DNA of 64,000 bases from Ignavibacteriaceae bacterium. GTDB lineage: Bacteria > Bacteroidota > Ignavibacteria > Ignavibacteriales > Ignavibacteriaceae. A model generated the notes under the pieces. That model had not been told where the DNA came from, made no database searches, and worked only from the letters and a program-made list of their open reading frames with translations. Shown here piece after piece: positions 59,743-64,000 of this stretch. Within the stretch, counting starts at the first letter, position 1; each line of letters opens with the position of its first letter. Both the position numbers and the translations under genes were made by a program. The DNA is taken from contig JARLHD010000054.1 of assembly GCA_031292435.1 (NCBI GenBank), positions 560 through 64,559 on the forward strand, given 5' to 3'.

Positions 59743-59770
59743 TTGACATTTGTCTAATATTTATTATTTT
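59743..59770 (+). promoter_or_regulatory. Sigma70-like promoter TTGACA-16-TATTTT
   Basis: -35 at 59743-59748 and -10 at 59765-59770. Preceded 38 nt upstream by TAAGGGGGA and an imperfect direct repeat. Confidence 0.4.
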
Positions 59771-59857
59771 TGTAAGAAAAAAGGTAATAATATATCGAGT
59801 TGATTTGCTACAAGGCATGAATTTTTAGTTCTGATTGTGTATTGTAGCATTTTTATG

Positions 59858-59896
59858 CCGATTTAGGGATATACATCTCTAATCGGATTTTTTAAT
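59858..59896 (+). terminator. Intrinsic terminator/attenuator hairpin upstream of the 91-aa gene
   Basis: CCGATT(T)AGGGAT pairs with ATCTCTAATCGG (about 12 bp, one bulge, one G-U), 4-nt loop, followed by ATTTTTT. Confidence 0.55.
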
Positions 59897-59988
59897 TAAT
59901 TGAAACTTTTTTATAAGGAGTTCGTATATAGGGTAGAATTTGATACTATAAGTAAAGTTTAGAGAGAACAATTAATAGGAGTGATGCG

Positions 59989-60264
59989 ATGAAAGAGATA
60001 AAAGCAAAGATGGATAATCCCTTATCCGAATTGATCAGCGATGACATCTATGAATTATTAAGTACACATGGACTCATTGATGAAAAGTCAGTTAGAGATT
60101 TCCAAATAAGAAAGACATTCAAGCAATTGAGGTCGAGTAAAGTAAGTGCCGGTGATGCTATCGATGCAATAAGGGAAAATTATCCTTATTTACAATTTGA
60201 TACCATCAGAAAGATAGTATATCAGATAAACCTTCCTTCGGTAAAAGAAAATAATAAATCTTGA
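59989..60264 (+). CDS. Small hypothetical protein, possibly helix-turn-helix (Mor / sigma region 4-like)
   Basis: 91 aa. AGGAG RBS ('taataggagtgatgcgATG'). 'VRDFQIRKTFKQLR....SAGDAIDAIRENYPYLQFDTIRKIVYQ' has the Arg/Ile-rich helix plus HTH-like spacing seen in Mor-type activators. Weak call. Confidence 0.45.
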   Translation: MKEIKAKMDNPLSELISDDIYELLSTHGLIDEKSVRDFQIRKTFKQLRSSKVSAGDAIDAIRENYPYLQFDTIRKIVYQINLPSVKENNKS

Positions 60265-60342
60265 CAAATGGATGTCAGGGTTATATTTTTAATATGACTC
60301 TTTCAAACGGGTACTCCCCTGCCCTTTGATGATAACGAGTCG

Positions 60343-60378
60343 GCCCAGTAATCTCAATTACTGGGCTTTAATATTTTT
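60343..60378 (+). terminator. Intrinsic terminator after the 91-aa gene
   Basis: Perfect 10-bp stem GCCCAGTAAT (60343-60352) / ATTACTGGGC (60357-60366), 4-nt loop, followed by TTTAATATTTTT. Confidence 0.8.
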
Positions 60379-60394
60379 CATTTTGGAGTTATTG

Positions 60395-60691
60395 ATGGCA
60401 AAGACAGTAAAGAAGAAACCATTACGCAGTATAAAAAAAGCGCTGGCTTCTCCATTCTCGATATATTGGAAAAAAGAGAATTATTTAATTCTATTAACAG
60501 GAGCGGTATTTCTTATTATAGGATATTATGTAATGAGTATCGATCCCTGGAACAGCACCCCTGCCATTGTAATTTCTCCTATTATTTTATTAATTGTTTA
60601 TATACTTATAATACCTGCGGCAATACTTTACAAAAAGAAAGACAAGGGAAATAAGTCCGAGGGGGAAGGAATTGCTTCTGGCAAAAGTTAA
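60395..60691 (+). CDS. Small two-TM membrane protein (DUF3098-like)
   Basis: Start trimmed to the ATG at 60395 (GGAG RBS). 'MAKTVKKKP...' basic N-terminus, then 'NYLILLTGAVFLIIGYYVMS' and a second TM helix, as in DUF3098 proteins of Bacteroidota. Confidence 0.55.
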   Translation: MAKTVKKKPLRSIKKALASPFSIYWKKENYLILLTGAVFLIIGYYVMSIDPWNSTPAIVISPIILLIVYILIIPAAILYKKKDKGNKSEGEGIASGKS

Positions 60692-60944
60692 GGGGAATAT
60701 AGTTTCCACACAGAAGAACGAAAACCTTAAAGGACATAAGCTTTTATTAGTTCATCCGATTGATTTAGAAGGTAATTACTTAGGGGAGAAAGACATAATT
60801 GCAATAGACCTGCTTGGGTCAGGTATTGGGGATACGGTAATAGTAACGCAGGAAGGGGCTGCGGTGGTTCAGATTTTAGGGCATAGAAAAGCACCAGTAC
60901 ATTCGATAATAGTAGCAAACGTGGATCAGATCGATTTAGCATAA
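60672..60944 (+). CDS. EutN/CcmL-family bacterial microcompartment vertex (BMC-P) protein
   Basis: 90 aa. TTG start after a GAGGGGGAAGGAA RBS. 'LAKVKGNIVSTQKNENLKGHKLLLVHP.D..G...G...IAID.LGSGIGDTVIVTQEGAA....G....PVHSIIVANVDQIDL' aligns along its length with CcmL/EutN as I remember them. Confidence 0.75.
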   Translation: MLLAKVKGNIVSTQKNENLKGHKLLLVHPIDLEGNYLGEKDIIAIDLLGSGIGDTVIVTQEGAAVVQILGHRKAPVHSIIVANVDQIDLA

Positions 60945-60957
60945 TACATTATTTTAA

Positions 60958-62079
60958 TTGACTAAATTATCTTTTAATGATCTAGCAAACCTACGGCTTT
61001 TACTTTCGGTAGAAGGTATAGGTCCAGGTAAAATACGAAACCTGCTTAAACAATTCAGGTCTCTCACCAATATATTATCCTCCGATTATAAAACTTTGAC
61101 CTTAGTAGAAGGGATAAGTACAAACCTTGCGAGAAGGATAATCCAATCGAAGACCTCCAGAGAAGAAATTAATAAAACATTAGAAGCAGAATTAGGCAAA
61201 CTTGCCAAGCTGGGGGCAAGGATAGTGACAGTCTGGGACAGTTCGTATCCCACACTGCTTAAAAAGATATATGATCCGCCGCTGATGTTATATATAATGG
61301 GTGAAATTACGGAGCAGGATAATTATCCTATATCGGTAGTGGGGACAAGGATACCTACAAATTACGGTATAGTTCAATGTGAAAGAATTGTGGTAGACCT
61401 TGCGCGGCAGAATATAACGATAGTAAGCGGGCTGGCGAGAGGGATAGATTCCATAGCACACAAAGCAGCATTAAAGAGCGGGAGCAGAACAATTGCGGTA
61501 ATCGGTTCCGGGTTAGATGTTATTTATCCACCTGAAAATAAGAAGTTATTTAATGAAATAGCGGGGCGCGGAGCTATAATATCCGAATACCCATTAGGTA
61601 CGAGTCCTGATGCGCAGAATTTTCCGAAGAGGAACAGGATAATATCGGGGCTTTCACTTGGGTGCCTTGTTGTGGAGACGGCATTATCAGGAGGGGCGAT
61701 GCAGACTGCTGCATTTGCATTGGATCAGAACCGGGAAGTATTTGCGATACCGGGGAATCTTGGAGTAAGGCAATCGGAAGGAACAAATATACTTATACAG
61801 AAGGGGGAGGCAAAGCTTGTCCGGACGGCGGAAGATATACTTGTTGAATTGGAGCTTAAATTAAAACCAGTTATAGGAAAGAATATACCTAAGCCGACTG
61901 TTGAGCTTAATTTATTTGAGGAGAAGATACTGAACTCACTGGACGGGGAGCCGCTTCAGATAGATAACATAGCTGCCTTGACAGAACTTTCGACATCGGA
62001 ATGCCTGGTACATCTTTTATCTTTGGAGTTTAAGGGGCTGGTGAAACAGCTGCCGGGGAAGATATTCAGCAGAATCTGA
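60958..62079 (+). CDS. dprA: DNA-processing protein DprA
   Basis: TTG start. 'VVGTR.PT.YG', 'SGLARGIDSIAHKAAL', 'AVIGSGLDVIYP' and 'FP.RNRIISGLS' motifs. Confidence 0.9.
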   Translation: MTKLSFNDLANLRLLLSVEGIGPGKIRNLLKQFRSLTNILSSDYKTLTLVEGISTNLARRIIQSKTSREEINKTLEAELGKLAKLGARIVTVWDSSYPTLLKKIYDPPLMLYIMGEITEQDNYPISVVGTRIPTNYGIVQCERIVVDLARQNITIVSGLARGIDSIAHKAALKSGSRTIAVIGSGLDVIYPPENKKLFNEIAGRGAIISEYPLGTSPDAQNFPKRNRIISGLSLGCLVVETALSGGAMQTAAFALDQNREVFAIPGNLGVRQSEGTNILIQKGEAKLVRTAEDILVELELKLKPVIGKNIPKPTVELNLFEEKILNSLDGEPLQIDNIAALTELSTSECLVHLLSLEFKGLVKQLPGKIFSRI

Positions 62080-62126
62080 GATAAGGGGGATTATATTATT
62101 ACAGGGAGTTAATATGAAGGGGCTGA

Positions 62127-63419
62127 TCAGTATTTTTTTCTATTCTTCCAGAGTTGTTTAAGTCTTTCTTTGATTGATTTTTCCTGACCGTTATCGGTCG
62201 GGTGATAATATTGTTTTTCTTTCATTTCGACGGGGAAATAATTTTCGAGGAGGAAATGATTTTCATAATCGTGGGGATATTTATAATCCTGCCCATAGCC
62301 TATTTCTTTCATGAGTTTTGTTGGAGCATTCCTAAGGTGGATAGGAACGCCATAGAGGGGGAAGTTCCTAACATCTGCATAGGCATTTTCCAAACCCATA
62401 TAAGATGCGTTGCTTTTAGGGGATGAGGCAAGGTAGGTTGTGCATTGCGCGAGGATTATTCTTGCTTCGGGCATACCGATTTTATCAACTGCACTGAAGG
62501 CGGCTTCGGCGAGGACGAGTCCATTTGGCGAAGCGTTTCCGATGTCTTCGGATGCAAGGATAATTAACCGACGGGCGATGAATAAGGGATCTTCTCCCCC
62601 TTCGAGCATTCTAACAAGCCAGTAAAGGGCAGCATCGGGATCGCTTCCGCGGACACTTTTTATAAAGGCGGAAATAACGTTGTAATGTTCTTCGCCGGAT
62701 TTATCATACAGAATGTTTTTCTTCTGGACGATGTTTTCTAGAACTTCCTTTGAAATAGTTATTTCGTCGGAATTTAATTCCTGAATGACGGCGGCTTCGA
62801 AGATACTTAGCAGGGAACGCGCATCGCCACCGGAGAGGTAGATGAGAAATTCGATATCGATATTTTTAATTTTAAGAGAGGAGAGGAATTCATCTTTACT
62901 TATGGCAGAGTACAGGATATCCTCAAGTTCTTTTTTAGACAAACCTTCTAATATGTATATGCGGGCTCTTGAGCGAAGAGCGGGGATAACTTCGAAAGAG
63001 GGATTTTCTGTTGTTGCTCCGATAAGGGTTAACAGACCTGACTCCACTGAGTTAAGGAGAGCGTCCTGTTGGGCTTTGTTGAAGCGGTGAATTTCATCTA
63101 TGAAAAGGATAGTTCTTTTATTTAATGATTTATTCTGAACAGCGATTTCGATAATGCTACGAATGTCCTTTACGCCTGAAGAAACGGCATTGAGCTGGTG
63201 GAATTCAAAGCCTGTTTGTCCTGCTATTATTCTTGCAATTGTAGTTTTGCCAGTGCCCGGGGGGCCCCACATGATAAATGAGCTAACGATATCATTTTCT
63301 ATCATATTCCTAAGGGGTTTGCCTTTGCCTAGGAGGGAATCCTGTCCTTTGAAGTCATCGAGGGAATGAGGGCGGACTCGTTCAGCTAAGGGGACCTGTG
63401 GAATTGGCAGATTTATCAT
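62127..63419 (-). CDS. rarA: Replication-associated recombination protein A (AAA+ ATPase)
   Basis: 'LAERVRP.SLDDF.GQ', Walker A 'GPPGTGKTT', '[13 protein letters not shown]', and a MgsA C-terminal domain. Confidence 0.93.
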   Translation of the reverse strand: MINLPIPQVPLAERVRPHSLDDFKGQDSLLGKGKPLRNMIENDIVSSFIMWGPPGTGKTTIARIIAGQTGFEFHQLNAVSSGVKDIRSIIEIAVQNKSLNKRTILFIDEIHRFNKAQQDALLNSVESGLLTLIGATTENPSFEVIPALRSRARIYILEGLSKKELEDILYSAISKDEFLSSLKIKNIDIEFLIYLSGGDARSLLSIFEAAVIQELNSDEITISKEVLENIVQKKNILYDKSGEEHYNVISAFIKSVRGSDPDAALYWLVRMLEGGEDPLFIARRLIILASEDIGNASPNGLVLAEAAFSAVDKIGMPEARIILAQCTTYLASSPKSNASYMGLENAYADVRNFPLYGVPIHLRNAPTKLMKEIGYGQDYKYPHDYENHFLLENYFPVEMKEKQYYHPTDNGQEKSIKERLKQLWKNRKKY

Positions 63420-63552
63420 ATCTTAAATTAAATAAAAAATATATAGAATTGGAGTGAGAGGAAATTAATATCTGTAAAGAGAATTGGTTGACATTATTGA
63501 TTAATCCTGAAAAAATATATTTTGAATTATTTTAATAATTTTAAGAAAAGAC

Positions 63553-63581
63553 TTGACAAATAAGTAAAATTTTACTATACT
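63553..63581 (+). promoter_or_regulatory. Near-consensus sigma70 promoter TTGACA-17-TATACT
   Basis: -35 at 63553-63558, exact 17-nt spacer, -10 at 63576-63581. No ORF of 60 aa or more lies downstream on either strand up to the window end. Confidence 0.55.
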
Positions 63582-63643
63582 TCTTATTCTCTACTTTAGA
63601 GCATGCGCATACCTTTTTAACCCAACCAAGATATAATTCCACG

Positions 63644-63679
63644 GATTTTTACGGATATTCACTGATTTTTACGGATATT
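63644..63679. repeat. Two 16-bp direct repeats (GATTTTTACGGATATT) with a 20-bp period
   Basis: Read directly: copies at 63644-63659 and 63664-63679. Preceded by AATTCC and followed 12 nt later by TAAGGGGGA. Confidence 0.9.
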
Positions 63680-63690
63680 TCTATATGATC

Positions 63691-64000
63691 TAAGGGGGAT
63701 GAGCCGTGGATGGAATGGGGACGGGGGCTTTGAATTAACATAAGTCGAGGAAAAGAAACGCTGAAAAGGGATATTTTGTGGGGAGTTAGGGTGCGGAGGT
63801 ATGTTTTATATAGAGGACAAGGGAGATATAAGAGGGATTTATTGCAGGGAGAAGATTAAGGGAAAAGGTAGGGGTTGTGAGAAGTTGGGGAATCGGAGAG
63901 ACATTTATTTAGATGAGATGGGAAGCAGGAGATGGAATTTATGTGAGGGACTAAGAAATTGAAGAGGAATAATTTGCGGGGGGAGGAGGGATAATAAATT
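63691..64000 (+). ncRNA. Candidate non-coding RNA: a C-depleted, G/A-rich tract with many GGA/GGGA motifs, continuing past the window end
   Basis: By manual count, only about 16 C in 310 nt and about 23 GGA triplets. AGGGA occurs at 63820, 63833, 63846 and 63859 (13-nt spacing). Stops occur in all frames. It lies downstream of the 63553 promoter. There is no direct evidence of transcription. Confidence 0.25.

Noticed and set aside
59633-59818. 61-aa minus-strand ORF in the wzz-upstream intergenic region
   Set aside because: No RBS and an odd composition. It overlaps the promoter, repeat and hairpin elements that explain the region better.
60294-60329. 11-codon mini-ORF (MTLSNGYSPAL) upstream of the 60343 hairpin, considered as a possible leader peptide
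   Set aside because: No RBS. The predicted TSS would fall at or after its ATG. It has no run of regulatory codons.
60466-60942. Alternative-frame ORFs 60466..60654 (+) and 60727..60942 (-)
   Set aside because: They overlap the DUF3098-like and EutN genes, both of which have clear family-like sequences and RBSs.
63801-63962. 53-aa plus-strand ORF (MFYIEDKGDIRGIYCREKIKGKG...) inside the purine-rich tract
   Set aside because: The GGAGG box is only 1 nt from the ATG, which is poor spacing. The Gly/Arg/Lys/Glu composition is simply what a C-free purine tract translates to. Kept only as a remote possibility of a small protein.
1-64000. Search for mobile elements, prophage, defence islands, CRISPR-Cas, toxin-antitoxin pairs, tRNA/rRNA genes, reverse transcriptases and DGR-type repeat pairs
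   Set aside because: No transposase, integrase, recombinase, nuclease/helicase defence signature or RT motif was found in any listed ORF. No cloverleaf-like or rRNA-like sequence was found in the intergenic regions. No long inverted or direct repeats flank any segment.

Overview
This is an AT-rich bacterial chromosomal window. Gene content points to the FCB group, most likely Ignavibacteriota or Bacteroidota-like: T9SS C-terminal sorting domains, a PorV-like barrel, a GWxTD protein, DUF3467, a DUF3098-like protein, and a TonB-dependent receptor with a carboxypeptidase-regulatory N-domain. Most of the window is densely packed housekeeping sequence. Nearly everything between 11.5 and 59.5 kb lies on the minus strand.

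Gene order, left to right:
- lptF/lptG-type permeases
- a lipoprotein plus beta-barrel pair
- add, a small ORF, hutU and a serA-like gene
- a long minus-strand run: lpxL-like, GT9, tsaC, M23 peptidase, bactofilin, atpZ/I, atpBEFHAG, ffh, rpsP, KH, rimM, trmD, rplS
- a cell-surface module: GWxTD, PorV-like, a 1191-aa T9SS cargo, a TonB-dependent receptor, a BNR-type T9SS cargo
- trxA, a FabI/FabL-like reductase, dnaE, dut, a flippase, nadC, a thioesterase, accA
- a ~13 kb Wzx/Wzy-type polysaccharide cluster (46.2-59.5 kb)
- a small plus-strand group: a 91-aa protein, a DUF3098-like protein, an EutN/CcmL vertex protein and dprA
- rarA on the minus strand

I found no rRNA, tRNA, CRISPR array, transposase, integrase or recognisable defence genes.

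The least ordinary signals are:
1. The long intergenic regions (25.2, 38.0, 59.6 and 63.4 kb) share a recurring layout of phased direct repeats, a (T)A(A)GGGGGA box and near-consensus sigma70 promoters. The last of these runs into a tract of more than 300 nt that is C-depleted, GGA-rich and non-coding.
2. A lone BMC vertex (EutN/CcmL) gene has no shell genes nearby.
3. A GT2 is fused to a WbaP-like phosphoglycosyl transferase whose catalytic core appears deleted.
4. A bitopic M23 peptidase plus bactofilin pair sits at the head of the ATP synthase genes.
5. A T9SS-cargo / TBDT / dedicated PorV-like / GWxTD surface locus.

All functional calls come from reading motifs in the supplied translations. 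No database search was possible.
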